A program made the translations under genes and the position numbers. 63,470 nt of DNA from Candidatus Caldarchaeum sp. (lineage in GTDB: Archaea > Thermoproteota > Nitrososphaeria_A > Caldarchaeales > Caldarchaeaceae), in contig JAWACZ010000005.1 of assembly GCA_038896555.1 (NCBI GenBank), forward strand, positions 1 to 63,470. Direction: 5' to 3'. The notes beneath the pieces were generated by a model that saw only the letters and a list, made by a program, of their open reading frames with translations, had not been told where the DNA came from and made no database searches. This document shows positions 45,927 to 56,210 of the stretch, in pieces. Positions within the stretch are counted from its first letter, which is position 1; every line of letters begins with the position of its first letter.

Positions 45927-47375
45927 ATGTACAGGTTTGATGACCTAAGGAGCTTCATCGAGACTTGTGTCAAAATAGACTCAGTTAAGATGATTGAAGG
46001 CTGCGACTGGAACCTCGAGATAGGGGCCATAACCGAGATCTCCGCTAGAAAAGAAGAGAACCCTGTCCTACTTTTCGACAGGATAAAAGGTTACCCGCCT
46101 GGCTATAGGGTTGTGACCAATCTATACTCGACAGAGCGGAGACAAGCACTCGCCCTCGGTCTTCCCCTTGAAGAGAGGAGGCTAGGCCTCGTGAAGGCAT
46201 GGAGGGCGAAGGCCCGTCAATTAAAACCCGTCGAGCCTAAGGAGGTTAGCGACGGCCCCGTCCTCGAGAATCGGATGAAGGGGGATGCTGTCAACGTGCT
46301 CCGGATCCCCGCACCCCTCTGGCATGAGGATGATGGTGGGAGATACATAGGAACAGGTTGTGTTGTTGTCACAAAGGACCCGGATCAAGGATGGGTCAAC
46401 CTAGGAGTGTATAGGGTCCAGGTTCATGGAAAGGACAGAGTAGGCTTCTTCCCAGCGCCAGGGCATCACGCGCATATAATGGCCCAGAAGTACTGGCAGA
46501 AGGGTAGAAACTGTCCTGTTGCAGTTATCTGCGGACAAGACCCCTACGTGTACGCTGCGGCCTGCACAGCCCTCCAATGGGGCGAGTCTGAGTACATGTA
46601 CGCAGGAGCGATTAAAGGGGAGCCAGTCGAGGTCCTGATCGATGACCTATACGGCCTCCCCATCCCGAAGTCCGCTGAGATCGTGCTGTTAGGCGAGGTT
46701 CCACCTCCGAGCGAGGAGACAGCTCCTGAAGGGCCGTTCGGAGAGTTTACCGGATACTACACCGACTGCAGCCCCAAACCCGTCATGAAAGTCATGACTA
46801 TCCTGCATAGAAACGATCCTATACTCCAAGGTAACCCACCACTCAAGCCGCCGGCAATAGGACACTCCTTAGGCTCCCACATCACCACCTCCGCCGAAAT
46901 ATGGAACGCGCTGGACAAGGAGATCCCGGGGGTGGTTGGAGTCTGGTCCATGCCCGAAGCCTCAGCCTCTAGGGCCGTGATAACAGTTGTCGCGATCAAT
47001 CAACAATACCCGGGACACGCCCAGCAGGCGGGGATGCTCGCCGCGAGCTGCAGGGCCGGTGGGCTCATCAACCGATTCACTATAGTAGTCGACGAAGATA
47101 TAGATCCATCGGACACCAGCGAGGTGCTCTGGGCGTTGGCGTATAGGTGTGACCCAGCCACATCGATCAGCACGCTTACCAACTGTTGGACCTATCCTAT
47201 CGATCCCATCCTTGACCCTGAAAAGAAGGAGAGGGGCGACTACACAAACTCGAGAGCAATAATATTGGCTGTCAAGCCTTTTTACCGGAGGGATAAGTTC
47301 CCGAAAACCAACAAGGTGAGCTGTGCTCTGAAGAGTTCGATACTGGAGAAATGGGGCTGGCTGCTTGAGTCTTAG
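45927..47375 (+). CDS. UbiD-family (prFMN-dependent) decarboxylase/carboxylase, paralog 2
   Basis: 482 aa. DLRSFIETC...LEIGAITEI...PVLLFDRIKGYP and TIVVDEDIDPSDTSEVLWALAYRCDP are present. Confidence 0.85.
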   Translation: MYRFDDLRSFIETCVKIDSVKMIEGCDWNLEIGAITEISARKEENPVLLFDRIKGYPPGYRVVTNLYSTERRQALALGLPLEERRLGLVKAWRAKARQLKPVEPKEVSDGPVLENRMKGDAVNVLRIPAPLWHEDDGGRYIGTGCVVVTKDPDQGWVNLGVYRVQVHGKDRVGFFPAPGHHAHIMAQKYWQKGRNCPVAVICGQDPYVYAAACTALQWGESEYMYAGAIKGEPVEVLIDDLYGLPIPKSAEIVLLGEVPPPSEETAPEGPFGEFTGYYTDCSPKPVMKVMTILHRNDPILQGNPPLKPPAIGHSLGSHITTSAEIWNALDKEIPGVVGVWSMPEASASRAVITVVAINQQYPGHAQQAGMLAASCRAGGLINRFTIVVDEDIDPSDTSEVLWALAYRCDPATSISTLTNCWTYPIDPILDPEKKERGDYTNSRAIILAVKPFYRRDKFPKTNKVSCALKSSILEKWGWLLES

Positions 47376-47450
47376 CGGCGAGCATCCGCATCTTTTCCAA
47401 AGCGCAACGACATCACTAGGTGGCGTCCTTTCCGTAGACGATGGGAAGAT

Positions 47451-48416
47451 TCAGCCTATCCCGATCATTTTCCTGTACTCGTCCGATGTGGCTGGGCGCC
47501 TACCGAGGGCTCTAGCGATGGTCACAGCCTCCTCCACAAGCTCCGCGTTGCTCTTGACCATCACCTTCTTGTGGGGCCATTTATACAACACATCCTCCAT
47601 CCCCACCCTGACATGGAGCCCTAGAAGCATCGCAAAGCATGTCAGGTAAGTAGCTGCTCGCCCCCCCTCGCTGACCATTATGAAAGAGTCTTCCGAGATG
47701 TCCTTAATTACCTCAACGAGGTAAAGGAGACCTTTGACCATATGCTTGACATTATCATAGTAGAATGTGCCAGGTAGCCCTGGGAGAAGATGCCACATGT
47801 AGGGCTTATCCACCAGACCAGTATCGATGAGATAGCGCTTCGCGTTACCGATGCTTGAGGCGTCGTGGACGTCGATCATAGCTTTGACGCCGTGCTCCCG
47901 GTAGAACTCCGCCTGTGCCATAATCGTGCGGGGGAGCATCGCTCTAACCGTGTCCCCAAGCAAGCCTGTAGTGGGATTGACTATCGCAATATCGTAGATG
48001 CCCTCAATTATGGGAGTCATAGTTTCCATGAACGTATTACCGGTCATACATCCGCCATCTATAACTACTTGGTTCCCGTACAGCTCACGTATGGGGTCTA
48101 CAATCATGTGGAAGTACTTTGCCTCGGCTGTAGGCCTGCCCGCCTCATCCCTGGCATGGACGTGGAGGGCAACGGCGCCACGTTCCACAGACTCCTTGAA
48201 GGCCTCGACTATCTCATTCGGCGTGGTAGGATGGTTCGGGTTCTGGTCTTTGCCGATGAACGCGCCCACCGGGGCTACGCCGATGACTACCGTCTCCGGG
48301 ATGTCCCAATCAGCCATCATCCTGAAATCTACGCGCAGCGCCCGCTCGAGTTTCCCGCCGAGCTCGGTGAACTTGAGCGGTGGCTGCACATCTTTATACT
48401 TTTCTTCAAGCGTCAT
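47451..48416 (-). CDS. BKACE family enzyme (3-keto-5-aminohexanoate cleavage enzyme-like, DUF849)
   Basis: VIGVAPVG...NPNHPTTPNEIVEAF...GAVALHVHARDEAGRPT and VRVGMEDVLY match BKACE TIM-barrel motifs. Confidence 0.75.
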   Translation of the reverse strand: MTLEEKYKDVQPPLKFTELGGKLERALRVDFRMMADWDIPETVVIGVAPVGAFIGKDQNPNHPTTPNEIVEAFKESVERGAVALHVHARDEAGRPTAEAKYFHMIVDPIRELYGNQVVIDGGCMTGNTFMETMTPIIEGIYDIAIVNPTTGLLGDTVRAMLPRTIMAQAEFYREHGVKAMIDVHDASSIGNAKRYLIDTGLVDKPYMWHLLPGLPGTFYYDNVKHMVKGLLYLVEVIKDISEDSFIMVSEGGRAATYLTCFAMLLGLHVRVGMEDVLYKWPHKKVMVKSNAELVEEAVTIARALGRRPATSDEYRKMIGIG

Positions 48417-48530
48417 GTCGATTAGTTCGGCCGCTAGGATTTAACTTTTTTACAACCAGTCTTTATCATCAGACAGGGAGCGTCCCGTCCTAACAACCTC
48501 TGTTATCCAGCCTGTCGGCAGGTCTTTACA

Positions 48531-50207
48531 CTATCCCTTCTTAACCCCTATGATTCCCCAGCTTACCGGCGGGTACTCGTAGGGGTCGATTACCACATCG
48601 AGGACGGCTGCGCGGGAGCTTTTCACCGCTCTACGCAGAGATGGGCCGATCTCTTCAGACTCCTTGACCCTGTAACCGTCGGCGCCGAAAATCTCAGCCA
48701 TCCCTGCGAAGTCTGTCTCCCTATAGTCCACGCCTATGAACCTCTTGCCGTAGAAGTCTGCCTGGAAACGCTTGATGGAGCTGAAGCAGGAGTCGTTAAA
48801 GACCACCGCCACCACAGGGATATCTTCCCTCACAGCGGTCTCCACGTCCTGCATGGTCATGGCGAAGTCCCCGTCGCCGACTAACGAGATGACTGTTTTA
48901 TCGGGGCGGGCGAGCTTGGCCCCTAAAGCTGCCGGATAAGCCCAGCCCATTGACCCGAACCCCACGGACTTCAGGTAACTCCTAGGCTCCTTGACCAGCA
49001 CCTTATTGGCGTACTCGGCGTGCTTCCCAGCCCCAACCGTCACTATGTAGTTCCCATTCAACACTTGGTTTATCTCCTTTATGATTCTCTGGGGCTTTAT
49101 CGGTTTACCGTCTGACCGTTCATGGAAAAACCTGTCCAACTCCACGGACATCTGATCCCTTATCATCTTGACACGCTGAGCCCTATCCGCTGCACCCTTA
49201 ATGGAGAGCTTCCCAACAGCTTCGAGCAGATCCCTGCAGAACATTTTTGCATCCGAAACTATTCCCACTTCTATGGGATACTGCCTCCCCAACTCGTTCG
49301 GGTCGATATCGGCTTGGATTATCTTGGCATCGCTACTTATCACGGACCACCTCATGGTGTTGATGTCGGCGAGTCTGCAGCCAATGGCTAGGATGAGGTC
49401 TGAGCTTTTACAGGCATCTATCGCTGCTACGTGTCCCCAGCGACCCAATATACCGATGAAGAGGGGGTGAGTGTCGGGTATAACTCCGCGCCCAGTGTGC
49501 GTAACCGCGACGGGGATGTATAGAGCCTCTGCCAACCTAATCAACTCCTCAGACGCGTTGGACCAAATAGTTCCCCCGCCAGCCAGTATAAGCGGTCTTT
49601 CGGCCTCTAGGAGCATGTTGGACACCACTTTAAGTAGCTCAGGGTCTGGTCTCACTCTGGATGAATAAAGGTCGTAGCGCGGCGTCTTTTCGATATGCCG
49701 CTCATTAACCTCAAGAGACATCACGTCCAGCGGGAGGTCGACTTGGACTGGCCCTGGTCTTCCAAGGACACATCTCAGCATGGCCATCCTCATTATCCTG
49801 CTGGCCTCGGCCGGGTGTCTTATCTGAGCGCTCCACTTCGTTATGGGTTTGAACACGCTTAACTGGTCCCACTCTTGGAAGACATCCCGTCCCAGATTCT
49901 CAAAGTCCTCGTTACAAGTCAGAGCCAAAACGGGCGACGAGTCTCTCAGGGCCGTGGCTATCCCTATCACCATATTAGCGTTTCCTGGACCTACATGTGC
50001 TAGACAAACACCGTGTCTCCCGCTGGCCCTGGCGTAACCATCGGCAGCGCAAGCAGCTACCTGTTCATGCCTGACAGAGACGAACCTGCACCTCTTTTCA
50101 TTATAGATTGCATCAAGTAACTCCAGCGTGGTGTGTCCGCTTAACCCGAAAATGTGCTTAACCCCACACTCTACTAGACAGTTCACCACTAGCTCCGCAA
50201 CTTTCAT
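48531..50207 (-). CDS. Thiamine-diphosphate-dependent enzyme (acetolactate synthase large-subunit-like)
   Basis: N-terminal Pyr domain (HIFGLSGHTTLELLDA...HEQVAACAADGYAR) and C-terminal TPP motif GDGDFAMTMQDVETAV...VVFNDSCF. Confidence 0.85.
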   Translation of the reverse strand: MKVAELVVNCLVECGVKHIFGLSGHTTLELLDAIYNEKRCRFVSVRHEQVAACAADGYARASGRHGVCLAHVGPGNANMVIGIATALRDSSPVLALTCNEDFENLGRDVFQEWDQLSVFKPITKWSAQIRHPAEASRIMRMAMLRCVLGRPGPVQVDLPLDVMSLEVNERHIEKTPRYDLYSSRVRPDPELLKVVSNMLLEAERPLILAGGGTIWSNASEELIRLAEALYIPVAVTHTGRGVIPDTHPLFIGILGRWGHVAAIDACKSSDLILAIGCRLADINTMRWSVISSDAKIIQADIDPNELGRQYPIEVGIVSDAKMFCRDLLEAVGKLSIKGAADRAQRVKMIRDQMSVELDRFFHERSDGKPIKPQRIIKEINQVLNGNYIVTVGAGKHAEYANKVLVKEPRSYLKSVGFGSMGWAYPAALGAKLARPDKTVISLVGDGDFAMTMQDVETAVREDIPVVAVVFNDSCFSSIKRFQADFYGKRFIGVDYRETDFAGMAEIFGADGYRVKESEEIGPSLRRAVKSSRAAVLDVVIDPYEYPPVSWGIIGVKKG

Positions 50208-50325
50208 GGCTCGCTGCGTCTATTTCTGTTGTCTATATAAACGTGAACCTAGCACTTAGCAGAGATTTGCCGCGCATCACCGCTCAAAACTTATTTATCA
50301 ATTCTTGAAATACAAGTAATGAAAA

Positions 50326-52578
50326 TTGAGGTTCGTCGGTAAAGCTATCCCTTCGCTTGAGGGTTTACAATTGGTGAAGGGTGCAGGGAGGTATGTAGGC
50401 GACGAGAATCCGCACGATGTTCTGTGCCTACGCGTGGTAAGGAGCCCATATGCACATGCACGGCTCAAGAAGATAGACTACTTTGACGCTTTGAAGAAAG
50501 CGCTGCTGATCATACTGCCAAGGGACATGGAGACGCTGCTGAAAGTCAGGCACATCCCCGCAGTCGGGTACGAGGGTGCTAGGATGGCCTACATGCCTGT
50601 CTTGGCATACGGGAAGGTGAAGTTCGTCGGGCAGCCAGTGCTAGGTGTTGTTGCTAGGAACGAGTACGAGGCAGAGGACGTAGCGGAGCTCGTCTCGATA
50701 GAGTATGACCCTCTCGAACCAGTCCTAGACCCGAGACAAGCTCTGAGTAGAGAAGCACCCATCATTCATGAAGAGCTAGGCACCAACATCTGCCTCGACA
50801 CGGTCGTTAAGGGCGGAGACGTCGAAGGTGCTTTCAGATCGGCAGAGGTCGTTGTTGAGGACGAGCTGCACGTCCATGAAGTAATTCCCAGCCCCTTGGA
50901 GACCCGTAGGGTCGTTGTGAACTATGACGGTGACAGAATAGTCATCCACATCGCGTCGCAGGGTGTGCAGAGGTTCAGGAAGATGATCAGCGAGGCCCTC
51001 GGGCTGCCATTCGAGAACATCCGCGTCGTTCAGCAGGACGTTGGGGGAGCCTTCGGGTCCAAAGGCGCCGTTTACCCCGAGTACATCCTGACTATCTATG
51101 CCTCATTAGTCCTCAAGCGTCCTGTCAAGTGGGTCGAGAAGAGGGCTGAGAACCTCATTGCGACGCATCACGGTAGAGGTGTGTCGGCAAAGCTATCGCT
51201 CGCTGCGACGCGCAAAGGGATTGTTCTAGGCATCAAAGGTGAAATCCTCTCGGACTTAGGCGCGTTCAACCATTTCATCAACATATCCATTGCACCATTC
51301 ATAGCACAGCAGATAACTGGTCCATACAGCGTGGGTGCGGCGAGCATCAGAGTAACCTCGGTCTTTACCAATAAGACTCCCAAGGGACCTTACAGGGGGG
51401 CGGGCAGGCCGGAGGCCGCTTTCTTCCATGAGAGAATGATGGACCTGTTGGCGGACGAGCTAGGCATGGACCCCCTAGAGCTCAGGAAGAGGAACCTAGT
51501 CAAAAAGAGCCAGATGCCCTATAAAACCCCCCTAGGAATCATGCTCGACCCGGCCGATTATCTGAACGTCCTACACGAGGCAAGTAGATCGTCAAGGTAC
51601 GAGGAGGTCAAGAGGTGGGCGGTTGAGGAGAGGAGGAAAGGTAGGAGGGTCGGCGTTGGTGCAGCTGCCTTCATAGACATCTGCAGGAGCAGCCACGGGG
51701 AGGGAGCTTTCCTCAGTCTTAGGAATGGTGGCAGGCTTATCATAACCACTGGGTCGGGTCCCCAGGGCCAGGGACTGAGAACAATCTATGCACAGCTCGC
51801 AGCTGACGAGCTTGGACTCCGAATCGAGGATGTGGAGACAACACATCCCGACTCGGACTTGCTCCCGGAGGGGATAGGAACGTTCGGAAGCAGGAGCGTG
51901 GTCATAGGCGGTGCCGCTGTCATCCAAGCCGCTAGGGAGCTGAAGAGAAAGCTTAAGAAGGCAGCCGCAGCTGAGCTCAGGGCTGATGAAGAGGACCTCA
52001 TCTATGAGGATGGTTCGATAAGACACGCCAAGATGAAGGATTTGAGGATCAGCATAAGGGAGCTCGTTGAGAGGCGGGCCGACTCGTTCGACGCTTATGT
52101 CTTCTACAAAGGAGATGATATAGTGTCATTCGGCGTCCACATCGTGGTCGTGGAGGTCGACGAGGAGGTCGGAGCGGTAAAGGTACTTAAGTATTTCTCA
52201 TTCGACGACGTAGGGCGAGTCATAAACCCGCTACTGGCAGACGCCCAGGTTGTGGGCGGCGTGTTGCAGGGAGTCGCCCAAGTCCTGTACGAGGAGGCGG
52301 CCTACGACATGGATGGGCAGTTGATGCTTGGGGGTATAGGGGATGCCGGCCTCCCGTCAGCCGTCGAGTCGATAGATGTGATGTCTAAGTTGCTGGAGAA
52401 CCCTTCGAGCTACCCACACGGTGCTAGAGGTGTTGGCGAGGCTGGGACGATAGGAGCGCTCCCGGCGCTCGTGAAAGCAGTCGAGGATGCGGTAGGCGTC
52501 AGAATAAGATCCACGAGGCTTAAACAACAGTGCGTATGGATGCTACAACGTCACCGCGGGGAGCGTCCTACGGCTTGA
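50326..52578 (+). CDS. Xanthine dehydrogenase/CoxL-family molybdopterin-binding large subunit (second copy, form-II-like)
   Basis: TTG start. VGKAIPSLEGLQLVKGAGRYVGD, RSPYAHARL, DVGGAFGSK and PYRGAGRPEAAF are present. Confidence 0.85.
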   Translation: MRFVGKAIPSLEGLQLVKGAGRYVGDENPHDVLCLRVVRSPYAHARLKKIDYFDALKKALLIILPRDMETLLKVRHIPAVGYEGARMAYMPVLAYGKVKFVGQPVLGVVARNEYEAEDVAELVSIEYDPLEPVLDPRQALSREAPIIHEELGTNICLDTVVKGGDVEGAFRSAEVVVEDELHVHEVIPSPLETRRVVVNYDGDRIVIHIASQGVQRFRKMISEALGLPFENIRVVQQDVGGAFGSKGAVYPEYILTIYASLVLKRPVKWVEKRAENLIATHHGRGVSAKLSLAATRKGIVLGIKGEILSDLGAFNHFINISIAPFIAQQITGPYSVGAASIRVTSVFTNKTPKGPYRGAGRPEAAFFHERMMDLLADELGMDPLELRKRNLVKKSQMPYKTPLGIMLDPADYLNVLHEASRSSRYEEVKRWAVEERRKGRRVGVGAAAFIDICRSSHGEGAFLSLRNGGRLIITTGSGPQGQGLRTIYAQLAADELGLRIEDVETTHPDSDLLPEGIGTFGSRSVVIGGAAVIQAARELKRKLKKAAAAELRADEEDLIYEDGSIRHAKMKDLRISIRELVERRADSFDAYVFYKGDDIVSFGVHIVVVEVDEEVGAVKVLKYFSFDDVGRVINPLLADAQVVGGVLQGVAQVLYEEAAYDMDGQLMLGGIGDAGLPSAVESIDVMSKLLENPSSYPHGARGVGEAGTIGALPALVKAVEDAVGVRIRSTRLKQQCVWMLQRHRGERPTA

Positions 52579-52796
52579 GGATGTCCTGCTCAACAAACAC
52601 TTTTCACAACCTTTTCGGCTAAGTGAACTGAGAGTTTGTGGCAGAGCAGCTATGATAGCCCGGAGAGGTGGAGGACGAATCCGAGGACTTCCATATCCGT
52701 CTATGGAGTTTGATGTTGTTGGTTGTGACACATTTACAGACGAACCCTCCCTTTATTCTTCTCGCCTATAAGCTGAGTGACTAGCCGGATTATGCG

Positions 52797-54089
52797 TTAA
52801 ACCCTGTTGACGACGTAAAACGTGTAGACAGTTTCACCTTCGGACGAAACGGCCACACGTATAGACGAGTATCCGCTGAGCACGTTTTCACCCACGCCGC
52901 CTGCTTCAACGGTCATGGACCCAGCCCTACCCCATGCCGGCGCGTCCGACGTGTCTGCAACAGGGCTTAGGGTTGCGTAGAAATCAATCTTCAGCCTGTT
53001 GGGACCATGGTTAACGGCTTGGAAAGCCGTCTCCCGCCATTCATCCGACTCAACAGGCGGGTCCAAAAACTCCGGCAAGCTAGAAGATCTCCTCTGCCAA
53101 GCCAGAACCCAGTAAAGCGATGTTTTAGCCGGAGGCTCATATAACTCGTAGACCGTCGAGTAGTCGGGCCCGTCCCAGTCTATTATTCCCAGAAAGCCGT
53201 GGGGTGTGTGGAAGACGTGAGTAGTCTCATAAAGACCAAGCGAGGAAGGTCTGTACATCTCTTTCTCTCCTACTATGGCGAAAGGTTTCATCACACCCCA
53301 TCTCGGCCTACAGTCCTTGTCAACGGCGACAAAGCCTCCGCCAGCCTCGTGGTTGAACACGGTGAGGCTGCCACCTAACTCAGCCAGACCAAGACGAATG
53401 GCAGAGTGTGGCTTCAGCGTGAAAAAACAGTTTTTCGAACCTTTAGGCGGCGGGCATGACCAGACGACTGCTCCCCTTTCCTCAGAGATTTCGTAAACAC
53501 CTCTTGTCCTCTGGTTGACCACTGCCAGTATGTCGCCTCCATAGCTGTTGCCGTGTATGCCGCTGGGAACATTTCCGGGAATCCTTGACAGCTTGGCGAG
53601 GCCTTTTCCCAAGCTAATACTCCAGACAGCCTTCCCCTCATGGTTTATTCTTCTCAGATAGCCGTTTCCATAATCTGTCGTCAGCATGTCTTGAAAATCT
53701 TTTGTTGGCATGAAGTCGTGGGACCAAACAGCGTCAGCAGGCCTGTAGCTCCAGCGTACATTTTTCCTAGCCCTGTCAACCACGATGAACCTGTTGTCAC
53801 GGTCGGCGCATAGAACATCGCCGGGCCTCGCTTTGAACCCTGAGATTCTTTCAACAACTATGCGTGCTATATGTGGGTTTGCAGAGATGCTGCTGCCCGG
53901 AACCTTAAACTCCCACAAGATTTTCTTTTTTCGCGGGCTGTAGATGAACGCCGACCTGCGGCTGTGTGGGTCAGCCATGACAACAACCTCGTCGCCTGTA
54001 ACTGGGTCTTCAACGTATTCAGCGTAGTGTGGCGTGTAACCGTGTTTCCTAAAAAGTATGCCTGCCTCAGCACCAGCTATCGAAACCAT
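52797..54089 (-). CDS. Hypothetical beta-propeller-like protein (weak resemblance to the arylsulfotransferase/ASST-like family)
   Basis: 430 aa and soluble, with repeated W/G-rich beta-strand segments (VRWSYRP..., AVWSISLG..., VVWSCPPP..., PRWGVMKP...). The family assignment is tentative. Confidence 0.3.
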   Translation of the reverse strand: MVSIAGAEAGILFRKHGYTPHYAEYVEDPVTGDEVVVMADPHSRRSAFIYSPRKKKILWEFKVPGSSISANPHIARIVVERISGFKARPGDVLCADRDNRFIVVDRARKNVRWSYRPADAVWSHDFMPTKDFQDMLTTDYGNGYLRRINHEGKAVWSISLGKGLAKLSRIPGNVPSGIHGNSYGGDILAVVNQRTRGVYEISEERGAVVWSCPPPKGSKNCFFTLKPHSAIRLGLAELGGSLTVFNHEAGGGFVAVDKDCRPRWGVMKPFAIVGEKEMYRPSSLGLYETTHVFHTPHGFLGIIDWDGPDYSTVYELYEPPAKTSLYWVLAWQRRSSSLPEFLDPPVESDEWRETAFQAVNHGPNRLKIDFYATLSPVADTSDAPAWGRAGSMTVEAGGVGENVLSGYSSIRVAVSSEGETVYTFYVVNRV

Positions 54090-54171
54090 GGCTTCTCTAT
54101 TAACAGTTCCTGTTCAAAAATCTGTCGGCGCCTGCTACGGATTTATTCCAGTATGCTGAATAGTTTTTGGG

Positions 54172-55662
54172 TTGCTGGGCAGGGGACGTCAGCTATACCG
54201 AGAGCTCATATCAATAGCTTTGAGCGAGGGATATCAAATAACTGAGAGGGCCTTAAAAATCTTTGAGGAAAGTGAAACACCTGTAGAAGACCTTATGAGG
54301 ACAATCGAATACATAAAAAAACACGACCCAGAGCTATCCATAATAGACGCCGAACATATAGTGAAAACCCAGCCAGTCCTAGAAAAAACACAAAACAACA
54401 GTAGACAAGTTGTTGAGGAAACAACCACGGTTTACACTCCAAACATCGTGATACAAAACTCAGTTGACGAGAACCAGAGAATAGAGGGGAGCATCGAAGA
54501 GTTCCGCCGCTACTTTCAGAACAGGTATTACTCGTTACGACGGGTTCTTGAAAGGAGAAGATTAAACTTCGTTCCCATCTCGGAAGCCTTCTCTGTCAAA
54601 GATGGTGAAGAGGTTTATTTGACGGTTATGGTGCAGGGTAAGCAGGAGCGTAAAAACTCTGTAGCGCTTGAGGTTGATGACCCGTCAGGCGTTCTCACAG
54701 CGGTTGTGCCAAGAAAAAACCAACAGCTTTACCAGCAGACAGCTGAGCTGTTGAACGACGTTGTCGTAGGGTTGAAGGTTAGGAGAGCCGGCAACCTCTA
54801 TGTTTTAAGAGAAATCATATACCCTGACGTCGAGGAGATGAATTATAAAAACCTTCCATTAACGCCTGAAGCATATGCTTGCCTGATTTCAGACGTCCAC
54901 GTTGGAAGCAAGAATTTCAGAAAAGACCTGTTCGAGAAATTCCTCGACTGGCTCAGCCGTGGAAGAGACGGTGTTGTGAAACGCATCTCACACATAGTTG
55001 TAGACGGCGACTTGGTGGAGGGGGTTGGGGTCTATCCTGGACAGGAGAACGACTTGCTTGTAAAGAACGTTGAAGACCAGCTGAAACAGGCCGCCGCTCT
55101 GTTAGCCGAGATACCGGAGAGAATTGAGATAGTTTTCAGCCCAGGGAACCATGAGCCGGTAAGAAAAGCTATACCGCAACCCCCCCTCCAGGCACGTTAT
55201 CGTGAATTAATCAATGCAAAGAGAAAGGTTCACTTCGTTTCTAACCCTGCGACTATGGTCTTTGACGGCAGGAGGATTTTAGTCTACCATGGTCAAGGCC
55301 TCGATGAACTGGTTCAATCTCTGCCAGATGTCTCCTACAGCAACCTCAGGGAAACAGCTCCTAAAGTGATTGCCTCAATGCTAAGGTTCAGGCATCTCAC
55401 ACCGGTGTACGGAGAAAACACACAGCTAATGCCAACTGAAGAGGATAGGCTTGTAATTTCTGAACAGCCTCATCTGCTGCAGACGGGCCATATTCACGTA
55501 ACCGTAAACACTAGCTATCGAGGGGTCTTGCTCGTGAACGCCGGTGCTTGGCAGGATCAAACCGACTACCAGAAATCAATGGGTCTTGAGCCGATGGTCG
55601 GTTACGTGGCATTGTTAAACACAGCTAGGATGACGGTGCAGCTAAAATACTTTGGATCTTAA
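54172..55662 (+). CDS. DNA polymerase D (Pol II) small subunit DP1
   Basis: The calcineurin-like phosphoesterase motifs appear in DP1 order: ISDVHVGS, VDGDLVEG, SPGNHE, YHG and TGHIH. They are preceded by an OB-fold region and an N-terminal helical domain. TTG start. Confidence 0.85.
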   Translation: MLGRGRQLYRELISIALSEGYQITERALKIFEESETPVEDLMRTIEYIKKHDPELSIIDAEHIVKTQPVLEKTQNNSRQVVEETTTVYTPNIVIQNSVDENQRIEGSIEEFRRYFQNRYYSLRRVLERRRLNFVPISEAFSVKDGEEVYLTVMVQGKQERKNSVALEVDDPSGVLTAVVPRKNQQLYQQTAELLNDVVVGLKVRRAGNLYVLREIIYPDVEEMNYKNLPLTPEAYACLISDVHVGSKNFRKDLFEKFLDWLSRGRDGVVKRISHIVVDGDLVEGVGVYPGQENDLLVKNVEDQLKQAAALLAEIPERIEIVFSPGNHEPVRKAIPQPPLQARYRELINAKRKVHFVSNPATMVFDGRRILVYHGQGLDELVQSLPDVSYSNLRETAPKVIASMLRFRHLTPVYGENTQLMPTEEDRLVISEQPHLLQTGHIHVTVNTSYRGVLLVNAGAWQDQTDYQKSMGLEPMVGYVALLNTARMTVQLKYFGS

Positions 55663-56207
55663 ACAGGACGTGCTATCGCCCGCCAGAACAAAACCCTTTC
55701 GTTGAAAAACACCTGCGTAAAACCCGTTTGCTTTAGAAGGGCCAAAACCTCTGAGGGGTCTGTTCCATGTCCAAACAGACGCGACGCTATAGGCTCGAAC
55801 ACCATCATCAAACCGTCTTCCTTCAGCTTTCTCCTGACTTGGAGAAAAGCCATGTTTCTGTCGGCTACGTGGTGAAGGCTTAGCATGAAGATGGCCCTGT
55901 CGACCGAGTGTTCAGGAACCCCATCCAAGTTCTCTGCCTGTGTTTTAACGGTAACGATGTTTCTCAAGCCAAGCCTTTCAGCCCTACGTTCAACCTCCTG
56001 CAAGTAGTCTTCTTCAACGTCAACCGCGTAGACAACTCCATCTGCTCCAACAATGGATGCCGCCGGTAAGGAAAGAAACCCAGTCCCACACCCGACATCT
56101 AAGAAGACATGACCGCGGGACAGGCCGATGCCGGACAATATTCTGTAAGGGTTTTGAAAAAGGCTTCGAACACGCAAACCTATCGCAAAACGTTCAAACC
56201 TTGACAT
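55659..56207 (-). CDS. Class I SAM-dependent methyltransferase
   Basis: Motif I is VFLDVGCGTGFLS and post-I is VYAVDVE. 182 aa. Confidence 0.8.
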   Translation of the reverse strand: MSRFERFAIGLRVRSLFQNPYRILSGIGLSRGHVFLDVGCGTGFLSLPAASIVGADGVVYAVDVEEDYLQEVERRAERLGLRNIVTVKTQAENLDGVPEHSVDRAIFMLSLHHVADRNMAFLQVRRKLKEDGLMMVFEPIASRLFGHGTDPSEVLALLKQTGFTQVFFNERVLFWRAIARPV

Positions 56208-56210
56208 AAT

